A DNA stretch of 63,981 nt, counting the filler, from Bdellovibrionota bacterium (GTDB lineage Bacteria; Bdellovibrionota; Bdellovibrionia; Bdellovibrionales; JAEYZS01), in assembly GCA_963169515.1 (NCBI GenBank). It is 5 parts of 5 records of this genome, joined end to end, with 100 filler letters (N's around TTAATTAATTAA, not from the genome) between each part and the next. Parts side by side here need not be neighbours in the genome. Positions count along the whole stretch, not along the records: positions 1 to 12,277 come from CAUJEF010000083.1; positions 12,378 to 32,213 come from CAUJEF010000084.1; 3 more parts are not named here. One strand, given 5' to 3'. Positions 9,601 through 18,938 of the stretch are shown piece by piece. The notes beneath the pieces were generated by a model. The model searched no databases, was not told the DNA's origin, and saw only the letters and a list, made by a program, of their open reading frames with translations. The position numbers and the translations under genes are program-made. Every line of letters begins with the position of its first letter. Position 1 is the stretch's first letter.

Positions 9601-10659
9601 TTAAACCGATTGAACCCAGCCGAATTTATCTGGCAGCTGGCCGTATTGTATACCGGTTAAAGTATCATACAGGGCTTTGGCTACGGGGCCCGTTTTGCCA
9701 TCTTGAACGGTTGTCTTCCAGTTTTTTGAACCCAACTCTCCGACAGGACTAATAACGGCAGCCGTTCCTGTTCCAAAAACTTCTTTTAGAGTACCATTTA
9801 AGGCCGCATCTTTGATCTCTTGTATGGTTACTTTACGTTCAACTATTTTTTTATTCATGGATTTTAAAAGTGTAATGACAGAGTCCCGCACCCCACCTGC
9901 CAAAATTGTTCCATCCAATTTGGGCGTTGCAATTTCGTCATCAAAAACAAAAAACACATTCATCGTGCCGACTTCTTCAACATACTTTCGTTCCACATCC
10001 AACCACAGTACTTGAGAATAACCTTTTTGTTTTGCTTCAAACGCTGCCCGCAAACTATTAGCGTAATTGGCTGCCGCCTTCGTAGCCCCAAGCCCACCCG
10101 GCGCTGCTCGCAAAAAATCTTCCTCTATCCATATTTTTAATGGCGCCAGTCCTTCGGAATAATAAGATCCTACGGGTGAAAGAATCACAAAGAAAATATA
10201 CTCGTTTGCAGGTCGCACACCCAAAAATCCTTCTGTCCCGATCAGAGTTGGCCGGATATAGAGCGAGGCTCCTTTTTTATTTGGTACCCAATCCTGATCC
10301 ACCCGAACCACTTCTTTAATCCAAGACACGAATTGTGTTTCACTCGGCATTGGCATACAGAGCCTTTTTGCCCCCTCGACCATTCTCTGCCAGTTGAATT
10401 CGGGCCTGAATACAACACACTTTCCGCTTTCTTGCCGAAAGGCTTTCATACCCTCAAACAACGCTTGCCCATAGTGCAGCACGCTGGCGGCGGGATCTAA
10501 TGAAAACGGCTCATACGGTTTGATTTCGACACCATGCCAGCCCTTACTTTCTGAGTAATAGGCAATCAACATATGGTCAGAAAAAAACTTTCCAAATCCA
10601 AGAGACTCATAGGACGGCTTTGGTTTGGGTTTAGCTGAACGTCGAACTGGTACGGACAT
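9601..10659 (-). CDS. ilvE: Branched-chain amino acid aminotransferase
   Basis: LHYGQALFEGMKA, LYIRP, KAAANY (PLP Lys), EVGTMN, GTGTAA. Confidence 0.95.
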   Translation of the reverse strand: MSVPVRRSAKPKPKPSYESLGFGKFFSDHMLIAYYSESKGWHGVEIKPYEPFSLDPAASVLHYGQALFEGMKAFRQESGKCVVFRPEFNWQRMVEGAKRLCMPMPSETQFVSWIKEVVRVDQDWVPNKKGASLYIRPTLIGTEGFLGVRPANEYIFFVILSPVGSYYSEGLAPLKIWIEEDFLRAAPGGLGATKAAANYANSLRAAFEAKQKGYSQVLWLDVERKYVEEVGTMNVFFVFDDEIATPKLDGTILAGGVRDSVITLLKSMNKKIVERKVTIQEIKDAALNGTLKEVFGTGTAAVISPVGELGSKNWKTTVQDGKTGPVAKALYDTLTGIQYGQLPDKFGWVQSV

Positions 10660-10702
10660 GGGTTTATAAAATCACAAATACGGCGTCGTTGCAATGAGCC
10701 TT

Positions 10703-11089
10703 TTAATGGACCTTTTTTAGCATAGTTTGCAGTTGAAAGCTCGCAACGAGTACGTCCGAATTAATGCCGGCTAGTCCATTCAGCTTCTTTAAAAAGTCAT
10801 TCTGAAGTTCAATTTGTTCGAACGCGTGCTTAAAAAACTGTACATCTTTATCGGCTAAATGTTCTGTGTCATCTACGTGTTGGTCTATCTGCGCCACCAA
10901 CTGGCTGATGCTGCGGAGCCATTGAAAATCTGGATGCTCCATTAAAAGCCTTAGAAATTCACCAGAGGAATTGACACGTCCATTTACCTTTTCATATTTA
11001 ATCTTTTCCGTATCAATAAGAGTTTTGTGAAACTTCAAAAGAGCCTTAGAAAACTGTATCAAAAAATCTCGATGTGCATTACCTTGCAT
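10703..11089 (-). CDS. Hypothetical helical protein
   Basis: 128-aa ORF filling the space between ilvE and alkA; no recognised motif. Confidence 0.6.
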   Translation of the reverse strand: MQGNAHRDFLIQFSKALLKFHKTLIDTEKIKYEKVNGRVNSSGEFLRLLMEHPDFQWLRSISQLVAQIDQHVDDTEHLADKDVQFFKHAFEQIELQNDFLKKLNGLAGINSDVLVASFQLQTMLKKVH

Positions 11090-11105
11090 ACAAAGAAAAT
11101 ATAAT

Positions 11106-11756
11106 ATGGCACAGATACAAAAACAAATAAAAATAGGATTGAAGCATCTTGCAAAAGCAGATCCTAGCCTTAGAAAACTGATAAATAAACATTCGCTTCA
11201 AGAGTTCAAACCGAAAATGGAAAGATCACCCTACGAAAGCTTATCTCGTGCAATTGCTCACCAGCAATTGCACGGTAAGGCGGCCGAAACCATACTCGGC
11301 CGTTTAATGGCACAATTTCCAAATAAGCAATTTCCCCTGCCGAGCGATATTATCAAAATGCCCGTCTCTGAATTACGAGCCTGTGGTTTTTCACAATCAA
11401 AAGTAAAATCTTTAAAAGACATTGCTCAAAAAACTTTAGATGGAATCATCCCCGACAGCAAAACAATTCAGAAAATGCCTGACGAAGATATTATTGACCA
11501 CTTAGTTCAGATCTTCGGTGTAGGAAAATGGACTGTAGAAATGCTTTTGATATTTCAATTGGGTCGATTGGATATATGGCCTGTCGATGATTTTGGAGTT
11601 AGAAATGGATATCGATATTTTAAAAACAAAAGAAAAGTACCCACCACCAAAGCCCTAAAAAATATAGACAAAAAGTGGCGGCCTTACCGAACTCTGGTCG
11701 CACTGCTTTTATGGCGCGAAGCTGATCTTCAAAAAATGAAATCTCTTAAGGCTTAA
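11106..11756 (+). CDS. alkA: DNA-3-methyladenine glycosylase II (HhH-GPD)
   Basis: IAHQQL, GVGKWTVEM helix-hairpin-helix, WPVDDFGVR, WRPYRT. Confidence 0.88.
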   Translation: MAQIQKQIKIGLKHLAKADPSLRKLINKHSLQEFKPKMERSPYESLSRAIAHQQLHGKAAETILGRLMAQFPNKQFPLPSDIIKMPVSELRACGFSQSKVKSLKDIAQKTLDGIIPDSKTIQKMPDEDIIDHLVQIFGVGKWTVEMLLIFQLGRLDIWPVDDFGVRNGYRYFKNKRKVPTTKALKNIDKKWRPYRTLVALLLWREADLQKMKSLKA

Positions 11757-12240
11757 AATTCATTCTTTGTATTTCGTAACAAACCCCACCATGACCATTT
11801 TCTTCGACAAAATCTTCGCGGTATCTCATACCTAATTTTTGCATCACCCGTATGGATGCGATATTTTCATGCCTCGCTCGGGCCACGATGGTTTTATATT
11901 TCATTACTTCAAAGCCATATTTCAAAGCCCCTATGGCCCCCTCTGTAGCATATCCTTTTCCCCAATATCTTTTGTGAAGTCGATATCCCAAATCGATTTC
12001 TTCAGTCTTTGGCTCGTACTTGAGCCCACACCACCCTAGCACTTCCTTTGTTTCTCTGAAGACGATTATCCATCTCCCACACCCCTGTCTTGAATAAGGA
12101 CCGTAGTTCAAACAAAACTCTATTGCTTCTTCTATACATTTAAATGGCGTGTCATCGACATATTTCAAAACATCGGGGTATGCGTTAATCTCATACATAA
12201 TATTCACATCATCATCTGTGATATCACGAAAAAAAAAAAA
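11746..12240 (-). CDS. RimJ/RimL-type GNAT acetyltransferase; 5' end uncertain at a low-complexity contig end
   Basis: GWCGL, LGYRL..YWGKGYATE, NIASIRVMQKLGM. The frame continues upstream of 12207 (FRDITDDDV) into a poly-A run. Confidence 0.85.
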   Translation of the reverse strand, partial: FFFFRDITDDDVNIMYEINAYPDVLKYVDDTPFKCIEEAIEFCLNYGPYSRQGCGRWIIVFRETKEVLGWCGLKYEPKTEEIDLGYRLHKRYWGKGYATEGAIGALKYGFEVMKYKTIVARARHENIASIRVMQKLGMRYREDFVEENGHGGVCYEIQRMNFKP

Positions 12241-12277
12241 TATCTATTAAATTATATTAATCTCATTACTACTATTT

Positions 12278-12377
12278 NNNNNNNNNNNNNNNNNNNNNNN
12301 NNNNNNNNNNNNNNNNNNNNNTTAATTAATTAANNNNNNNNNNNNNNNNNNNNNNNNNNNNNNNNNNNNNNNNNNNN
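12278..12377. other. Artificial contig linker
   Basis: N44-TTAATTAATTAA-N44 (stops in all six frames). Confidence 0.97.
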
Positions 12378-12673
12378 TTAAATGAGGTCAGAAAACCGCC
12401 TCTCCGTATCAAGCTTGAGAAACTTAGCTTTTCATGAATTTTGTCATCAGCATATCGTAGGGCCTCTGCCGTAAGATCTCGCAGTATTCCCACATGTTTT
12501 TGAGCAGGATCGGCCGCGCTCAAAACACGAATCCAACCATCACGGAAAAGTTTTTGTCGATACCAATCCGGATCAACAAGAAAACTCTCTTTGGGTGTAA
12601 AAATATCGGAACATCTGTTTTCTGCAAATGAAACGTGACCTAAAGCCAAAATGGCAAAAAATAAAAATCGCAT
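12378..12673 (-). CDS. Secreted hypothetical protein, truncated by the linker
   Basis: Signal peptide MRFLFFAILALGHVSFA followed by ENRCSDIF. Confidence 0.55.
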
Positions 12674-12780
12674 TTTTTTCTAATCCAGGGTGAATCTCCG
12701 CTGTATATTGGATCTAGCAATATCTATTCCATTGCGCCGGTGGCCATTATATTATAATGTTGAAATCTTTTGGAGGTTAC

Positions 12781-13488
12781 ATGGGTGCACAATGGAAAAA
12801 CGCTGCAAAATCGACGGCATCTGCTGCCAAGGGAGCCGTCGTCCACAAACTGACAAAAGAGATTCAAGTCGCCGCGAAAATGGGGCAACCGGATCCAAAT
12901 TACAACCCCCGCCTTCGCGCTGCCATCGAAGCCGCACGAAAACAATCTGTCACAAAAGATGCGATCGAGCGCGCAATTAAAAAAGGGGCAGGACTTGATA
13001 AAGATGCTGCCAATTTTGAATCCGTAACTTACGAAGGGTTTGGCCCTCACCAAGTTCCAGTGATTATCGAATGTTTAACCGATAATAAAAACAGAACTGC
13101 AACAGATATCAAAATTCTTTTTCGGGCGGGGCAAATGGGCCAACCCGGAAGTGTTGGTTGGATGTTCGACCGCGTTGGAATTATCGAGGCAACCCACCCC
13201 GATAAGTCATTAGACATCGAATCCGTCGCAATCGAAGCCGGCGCTCAAAATGTTGAGCCCTTAGAGGGTGCCGAGTTCGGAGCACGCTTTTTCACAGAAC
13301 CATCAGATCTGGATACGGTAACAAAAGCTGTATTGGCTTTTAAATGGGAAGTTTCAAAGTCAGAATTGGGTTACAACCCCAAAAATTTAGTGGAACTTTC
13401 AGGTGAGGCAGAAAAAGAAGTGATTCAATTTTTACAAGATATAGATGACTGCAGTGATGTTCATCGCGTATATGCCGCAGTGAAATAG
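12781..13488 (+). CDS. YebC/PmpR family protein (MGAQWK subtype)
   Basis: NPRLR, YEGFGP, TDNKNRT, DVHRVY. GGAGG RBS supports ATG 12781 rather than 12757. Confidence 0.92.
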   Translation: MGAQWKNAAKSTASAAKGAVVHKLTKEIQVAAKMGQPDPNYNPRLRAAIEAARKQSVTKDAIERAIKKGAGLDKDAANFESVTYEGFGPHQVPVIIECLTDNKNRTATDIKILFRAGQMGQPGSVGWMFDRVGIIEATHPDKSLDIESVAIEAGAQNVEPLEGAEFGARFFTEPSDLDTVTKAVLAFKWEVSKSELGYNPKNLVELSGEAEKEVIQFLQDIDDCSDVHRVYAAVK

Positions 13489-13532
13489 TTCGGATACGAT
13501 TTGTACAATCTACCGTGATAAAACAAACATGA

Positions 13533-15668
13533 CTAGATCAGATCTGCATTTGTAAGCCGTTCATTATTACTTGCCTTTTTCATTAAAAATTCACTAGGTT
13601 TAAACCTGGCGCCGTGTTTATCCGCTAAGCGTTTACACTGCTCTACAAAGCTTTTAACGCCAACGAAATCTACATAGGAAAGCACACCACCAGTGTACGG
13701 TGGGAAGCCAATCCCCAAAATGGAGCCGACGTCACCTTCTACGGTTGTGCGTAGAACCTTTTCTTCCCATAATTTAATTGCTGTTAATACCTGGATTGTG
13801 AGCAACCGGTCCTTAATCTCTTGAACGTCAGGTTGTTCCGCACTCTGCTTAAAGTAATCACCAATTTGAGGCCACAAAAACTTTTTACCTTGAGCTGGAT
13901 ATTCGTAAAACCCCGCAGATACTTTTCGGCCCAATCGTTTATTTTGTTCCACCATAACTTCAATAATTTCAATGGCACTCTGATCCACACTGTTGGGTCC
14001 CAAATGTTCAATGGACTGCTGAATCAAATGCCCCACAAGATCCAAATTTACTTCGTCTGCGATGACTAACGGCCCTACTGGCATGCCTGCCATCTTTGCA
14101 CCGTTTTCAATAAGAGCCGGGACAACACCCTCTTTCACCATACGAAAACCTTCGTACACATAATCACAGATCACACGAGTTGTGAAAAAGCCAAATCCAT
14201 CGTTGACTACGATCGGTGTTTTTTTGATCTGAAGCGTATAGTCGATCGCTTTTGCCAACGCTTCTGGTCCCGTTTTTTGTCCCACAATGATTTCAACCAA
14301 CGGCATTTTGTCCACGGGCGAAAAAAAATGAAGCCCAATAAAGCGATCCGGCCTTTTGGACGCCCCAGCAAGTTTTGTAATTGGGATCGATGAAGTATTC
14401 GAAGCCATAACCAAGCTTGCAACAGCCACAGATTCAGCTTCTTGGGTTACTTTTGCCTTTACCCTAGAGTCTTCAAAGACCGTTTCAATAATTAAATCAC
14501 AATCTTTTAAATCTTCGATTTTGTCAGTGGTCTTAATCAAGCTTAAAAGCTTTTCCTTTTTATCTGTGGTCAAACGTCCTTTTTCAATTTGGCCATCGCA
14601 AAGCTTCACGGAATAATTTTTCCCCTTTTCTGCATTTGCAACTGTAAGGTCTTTCAACACAACTTCAATTCCAGCTTTTGCAGTCGCGTATGCAATACCA
14701 CCACCCATTAAGCCCGCGCCAAGAATCCCCACCTTCTTTACTGGTTGTGGCGGAATGTCTTTCGGGCGAGCCATACCTTTGTTGCAGGCTTGCATTCCAA
14801 AAAACATCGTTTTAATTAAATTTTTTGAAACCGGGCTCAAAACAACTTGAGTGAAATAACTGGCTTCGATGTCTAGCCCTGATTCAAAAGGAACCTGCAG
14901 TCCTTCATAAATGCAACTCAATATGGCTTTCGGCGAAGGGTAATTATTAAATGTTTTATCGTAAACCATTGCGTTGGATGCAGCGATCACTTGATATCCG
15001 GTTAGGGATTGCACCGCTCCCCCTGGAATTTTAAATTTCTTATCGTGCCATGGCTGTTGCACGTTTGAGTTTTTCAAAATCCAAGCCTTTGCCTGTCTCA
15101 TTAATTCTTCCGCATTTTTCACAAGCTCATGAACGACACCCAACTTGTGCGCTTTTTGTGGTTCAATACGATTTCCCAATGTCATCATTTCGATTGCTGG
15201 CTGTATGCCAATCAGCCGTGGCAATCTTTGCGTTCCGCCAGCCCCAGGAAGAAGGCCGAGCGTTACCTCAGGCAATCCTAATTGAATTTTCGGATCATCG
15301 ATGCAAACCCGATAGTGACACGCAAGAGTAAGCTCAAGACCACCTCCGAGGGCGGTTCCATTGATTGCCGCAACAACGGGTTTTCCCTGTTTTTCCATAA
15401 AGCAAAACGTATCGTTAATTTTTTTAAGCATCGGCATACAATCTTCGGCTTTTTCGACCCTGTAAAACATTGCAAGATCAGCACCAGCCAGAAAGTCTTT
15501 TTTTGCCGAAGCGATGACAAGCCCCTTTAGCTGGGCATCTTTAAAAATAATTTCGATTTGCTTTGAAAATTCAGCTGCAAAATCCTTTGTGATGACATTC
15601 GTCGATTTGCCAGCCATATCCATTGTCAAAACACCGATTTGATTTTCGTCTTTTTTGAAATTAAACAT
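13533..15668 (-). CDS. Fatty-acid oxidation complex alpha subunit (enoyl-CoA hydratase / 3-hydroxyacyl-CoA dehydrogenase, FadB/FadJ-like)
   Basis: AGADL, GGGLE, PEVTLGLLPGAGGTQR, GAGLMGGG, SNTS, HFFSPV. Confidence 0.95.
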   Translation of the reverse strand: MFNFKKDENQIGVLTMDMAGKSTNVITKDFAAEFSKQIEIIFKDAQLKGLVIASAKKDFLAGADLAMFYRVEKAEDCMPMLKKINDTFCFMEKQGKPVVAAINGTALGGGLELTLACHYRVCIDDPKIQLGLPEVTLGLLPGAGGTQRLPRLIGIQPAIEMMTLGNRIEPQKAHKLGVVHELVKNAEELMRQAKAWILKNSNVQQPWHDKKFKIPGGAVQSLTGYQVIAASNAMVYDKTFNNYPSPKAILSCIYEGLQVPFESGLDIEASYFTQVVLSPVSKNLIKTMFFGMQACNKGMARPKDIPPQPVKKVGILGAGLMGGGIAYATAKAGIEVVLKDLTVANAEKGKNYSVKLCDGQIEKGRLTTDKKEKLLSLIKTTDKIEDLKDCDLIIETVFEDSRVKAKVTQEAESVAVASLVMASNTSSIPITKLAGASKRPDRFIGLHFFSPVDKMPLVEIIVGQKTGPEALAKAIDYTLQIKKTPIVVNDGFGFFTTRVICDYVYEGFRMVKEGVVPALIENGAKMAGMPVGPLVIADEVNLDLVGHLIQQSIEHLGPNSVDQSAIEIIEVMVEQNKRLGRKVSAGFYEYPAQGKKFLWPQIGDYFKQSAEQPDVQEIKDRLLTIQVLTAIKLWEEKVLRTTVEGDVGSILGIGFPPYTGGVLSYVDFVGVKSFVEQCKRLADKHGARFKPSEFLMKKASNNERLTNADLI

Positions 15669-15676
15669 TTTTTGTC

Positions 15677-16885
15677 CTATATTCTTTCAATTATGGTTGC
15701 GATTCCCATTCCACCGCCGATACATAATGTAATCAGCGCTGTGGATAAATTTTTTCGTTCCAATTCATCCAATGCGGTTCCTAAAATCATTGCTCCGGTT
15801 GCGCCCAACGGATGCCCCATCGCGATGGCGCCTCCGTTCACGTTCACTTTTGATGGATCAACACTGCATTCGTCCATAAAATTCAACACGACGGCGGCAA
15901 AGGCTTCGTTGACTTCAAAAATATCAATGTCTGAAATCTTCATCCCAGCCCTTTTTAAAATGCGATTTGTTGCGCTCACGGGACCAGTCAACATAATGGT
16001 TGGTTCATCACAGCTTATGGTCATGGCCTTGATCTTTGCCCGCGGTTTCAGACCAAGTCGTTTTCCCGTCTCTTTACCTGCGAGCAAGACAGCGGCAGCA
16101 CCGTCGACTATGCCAGATGAATTCCCAGCATGATGGACATGATTTATTTTTTCAACCATTGGGTATCTTTGGATTGCAAGTCCATCGAATCCATACTTTG
16201 TTCCCAGCTCCTCAAAAGAGGCCTTTAATTGCCCCAACCCTTCAAGAGTTGTGTCGGGGCGAACCAATTCATCCTTATCCAAAAGCGTAACGCCGTTGAT
16301 ATCGGTTACCGGGATGATCGATTTTTTAAAGCGCTTTTCTTCCCATGCGATTGTGGCTTTTTTTTGTGACTCGACTGCAAACTGATCAACATCCTTCCTA
16401 GAATAACCTTTAAGGGTTGCAATCAAATCTGCCGAAATACCCTGCGGGACAAACGCCGATTTATTTGCGACATCTGGGTCGATGCTCCATGCCCCCCCAT
16501 CGCTTGAAATCGGAACGCGGCTCATGGATTCAACACCACCTGCAATGATCACATCGCTGTAACCTGCGATGATACTTGAAGCGGCTTGATTGATCGCTTC
16601 TAATCCTGACCCACAAAACCGGTTGAGCGTGACACCGGCGACACCGTAGTCAAACTCAGAATAAAGCACTGCGGATTTTGCAATATTCGCGCCCTGTTCC
16701 GAAGATTGCGTCACACAGCCCAAGATCACATCGTTAATTTCTTTGCTTTCAATTCCAGTCCGCTTTGTAATCGCCTGCAAAACAATCTTTGCAAGCCAAA
16801 TAGGGCGCGCTGTATGAAGAGCGCCCGAAGATTTCCCTTTTCCCCGCGGTGTACGAACTGAGTCGAAAATAAATGCGTCTGACAT
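15677..16885 (-). CDS. fadA: Acetyl-CoA C-acyltransferase (thiolase)
   Basis: NRFCGSG, NEAFA, GHPLGATG, CIGGGMG. GGAGG RBS before MSDAFIFD. Confidence 0.93.
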   Translation of the reverse strand: MSDAFIFDSVRTPRGKGKSSGALHTARPIWLAKIVLQAITKRTGIESKEINDVILGCVTQSSEQGANIAKSAVLYSEFDYGVAGVTLNRFCGSGLEAINQAASSIIAGYSDVIIAGGVESMSRVPISSDGGAWSIDPDVANKSAFVPQGISADLIATLKGYSRKDVDQFAVESQKKATIAWEEKRFKKSIIPVTDINGVTLLDKDELVRPDTTLEGLGQLKASFEELGTKYGFDGLAIQRYPMVEKINHVHHAGNSSGIVDGAAAVLLAGKETGKRLGLKPRAKIKAMTISCDEPTIMLTGPVSATNRILKRAGMKISDIDIFEVNEAFAAVVLNFMDECSVDPSKVNVNGGAIAMGHPLGATGAMILGTALDELERKNLSTALITLCIGGGMGIATIIERI

Positions 16886-17022
16886 ATTTCCTCCGACGTG
16901 CATTTTACTAAATTACCTTTTGTGCAAGTCCAAAGGCAATGAATGAAAGTCTCTTTGCCGCTGATCTAAACCAAGCACCAAGACCTCGAAATCACATCAC
17001 AATTCAAATTCTAAGAAGTTCT

Positions 17023-17051
17023 TTGACAAGATTCCTAACCATCTGTAATTA
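17023..17051 (+). promoter_or_regulatory. Putative sigma70 promoter of tRNA-Cys
   Basis: TTGACA-N17-TAATTA with TG extension, about 20 nt upstream of the tRNA. Confidence 0.5.
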
Positions 17052-17070
17052 TTAACCATTCTAACATGTT

Positions 17071-17144
17071 GGTGGTGTAGCCAAGGGGTTAGGCAGCGCT
17101 CTGCAAAAGCGTTTACGTCGGTTCAAGTCCGGCCACCACCTCCA
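17071..17144 (+). tRNA. tRNA-Cys(GCA)
   Basis: Acceptor stem GGTGGTG/CACCACC, anticodon arm GCGCT-CTGCAAA-AGCGT, GTTCAAG T-loop, U discriminator, encoded CCA; 74 nt. Confidence 0.97.
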
Positions 17145-17176
17145 TACTTTTTTAAACCAACCCAATGCGAGATGAA

Positions 17177-17225
17177 TGATAAGTTGTGATAATATGTTGA
17201 CAATGTGTGACAAGATTGGCAGACT
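17177..17225 (+). promoter_or_regulatory. TA operon promoter with four phased TGAYAA direct repeats
   Basis: TGAYAA at 17177, 17187, 17198, 17208; TTGACA(17197)-N17-CAGACT(17220); ATG at 17232. Confidence 0.6.
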
Positions 17226-17231
17226 CGTTCC

Positions 17232-17474
17232 ATGGAGTTGGTATTTTCGAAACACGCCGTAGAGCAGATGCTCAAAAGAAATATCAGCCCCGAAGAAATC
17301 GAGATGCTTGTGGACCATCCGGATGGAAGTTTTAGCCAAAGCAGGGATAAGCAAGTTATTTATAAACGCTTCCCCAGACGAAAAGATAATTTAATTGCGG
17401 CTGTCCTAGTCCGACAAAAACTAAATACTCATGAGGTTGTAACCGTCATGCACAATTTTGAGGTTAGAAAATGA
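17232..17474 (+). CDS. DUF4258 family putative toxin (RelE/BrnT-like fold)
   Basis: FSKHAVEQMLKRNIS..EI N-terminus and VVTV C-terminus; 80 aa; 4-nt overlap with the next gene. Confidence 0.8.
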   Translation: MELVFSKHAVEQMLKRNISPEEIEMLVDHPDGSFSQSRDKQVIYKRFPRRKDNLIAAVLVRQKLNTHEVVTVMHNFEVRK

Positions 17475-17788
17475 AAATAATCCATCGCCCCGAGATAGAT
17501 TATCTATCCATTGAGTTTAGAGAAGGCTCTGAAAGTCGTTCTTACTTACAGGATGGTGTCATCGTCAGAGAAGACCGACATGGAAATGTTCTGGGAATTG
17601 ACGTTGTTAATTCTTCAAAAGTTTTTAGCAGTAAAGAGACTCTGACCCTTCGAGAGGCTTGCCAGCTCCTGGGAATCTCAGAAGCAACCATGCGTAGGCG
17701 AATTAAAAAGGGCGAAATCAAGGGCTCCAAACCTAATGGGAAAGATTATCGTTTTAAAAGATCAGATATTTTGAAGTTGGTTTCTTAA
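17471..17788 (+). CDS. DUF2283 putative antitoxin fused to an Xis/BldC-like HTH_17 domain
   Basis: MKI...DYLSIEF...IVREDRHGNVLGIDV then LTLREACQLLGISEATMRRRIKKGEI...YRF. Confidence 0.8.
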   Translation: MKIIHRPEIDYLSIEFREGSESRSYLQDGVIVREDRHGNVLGIDVVNSSKVFSSKETLTLREACQLLGISEATMRRRIKKGEIKGSKPNGKDYRFKRSDILKLVS

Positions 17789-17836
17789 GGAAATCGTTAC
17801 ATTTTTTCGTGTCAAAACCCACAACAGAGAAAATCT

Positions 17837-18928
17837 CTAACTATGGCGATACAGCCAAACTTCTGCAGAGCTCGCCTGAGAATCCGACACAGCCACATAC
17901 ATATAAATGCCCCGCCCAGAAGCATGGCCTGTTAGCGCCACACCCATTGAGCCACGCTTGCCCCGCAAGTATGCTGGCGGCGTGGTGTTTATGGATTGCC
18001 AACCACTCCCAGGAACATACTCTGACATTGCAGAGGATGAATCTCCCGTTTGCCGCAAAACATAGTTTCCACTTACCGGATCGCAAAGTCCCACGCTGGA
18101 ACTCACATAAATATTCTGGGGAGCATCTGGAAGACGGACAGATGCGCCAGAGTTTGAAAGTTGAAAAAATGATCGTTCATTTCCATTCCCGCCACCAAAA
18201 TACATAACATTGCGGATGTGGTCGTACGCTGCCATCGAGTGATACCCCGTCGACCAAACAGCTTTGCCAAAGTCCGTCCATGATCCTTGCGCCGAACGTC
18301 GACGGATATCGCCATGCTGGCTGATCGCAATCAAACAATCCAAAGAGGGCCAGTATTCAAACCCAAATGTATCTACCTCCTCATTGAACGGACCGGGCGC
18401 GCTCGTTACAACACCTGTATCAACATTTAACTGATATGCGGCCCTACCAAGTTGATGCACAAAGTGAAGAATTCCTCGTGATCTGTCATAGGCCGAATGA
18501 TCCCAGATGTGAATGATATTTTGGGATAACTGACGACTGGTCCATGTGTTCGACGCTTCATCGTAAACAACGTAACCAGCATTACCGTAACCACAGCCTA
18601 CAAAGAAGATTTTGCGTCTAATCGGGTCATAATGCCCGTTGTGGGCATAAGCCAGAATAGATTCAGAGGCATTTGACATTTTCCAGAACGAATTCGAACC
18701 ACCGGACCAGGTCGCCGGTAACTGTGCCCACTGCTTCGGAGCCAACGAATTAATAAGAGAGTTCAAGGTCGAATCCGTTGGCATCGGACACACTGTCGTC
18801 ACCGATCCGCCACCAGAAGCCGCAAGTGTTCGCGGTGGACAAAGCGCCGCCAGTGCACGCGAAATACCAGGCACAGCTGTCGCACCCAGTAAGCCGATTG
18901 TTGTTTTGATAAAATTTCTTCGTTTCAT
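17837..18928 (-). CDS. Tat-exported probable beta-propeller (kelch-like) protein with N-terminal CPP-tag
   Basis: True start MKRRNFIK at 18928 (AAGGA upstream); repeated xYD..R..xYF.GG blade-like units; tag at 18788-18841. Confidence 0.75.
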   Translation of the reverse strand: MKRRNFIKTTIGLLGATAVPGISRALAALCPPRTLAASGGGSVTTVCPMPTDSTLNSLINSLAPKQWAQLPATWSGGSNSFWKMSNASESILAYAHNGHYDPIRRKIFFVGCGYGNAGYVVYDEASNTWTSRQLSQNIIHIWDHSAYDRSRGILHFVHQLGRAAYQLNVDTGVVTSAPGPFNEEVDTFGFEYWPSLDCLIAISQHGDIRRRSAQGSWTDFGKAVWSTGYHSMAAYDHIRNVMYFGGGNGNERSFFQLSNSGASVRLPDAPQNIYVSSSVGLCDPVSGNYVLRQTGDSSSAMSEYVPGSGWQSINTTPPAYLRGKRGSMGVALTGHASGRGIYMYVAVSDSQASSAEVWLYRHS

Positions 18929-18938
18929 AATGTCTTCC

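Noticed and set aside
12229..12277. Poly-A and AT-rich tract at the GNAT 5' end as a phase-variation site
   Set aside because: It lies at a contig end where low-quality sequence is likely; cannot be supported without reads.
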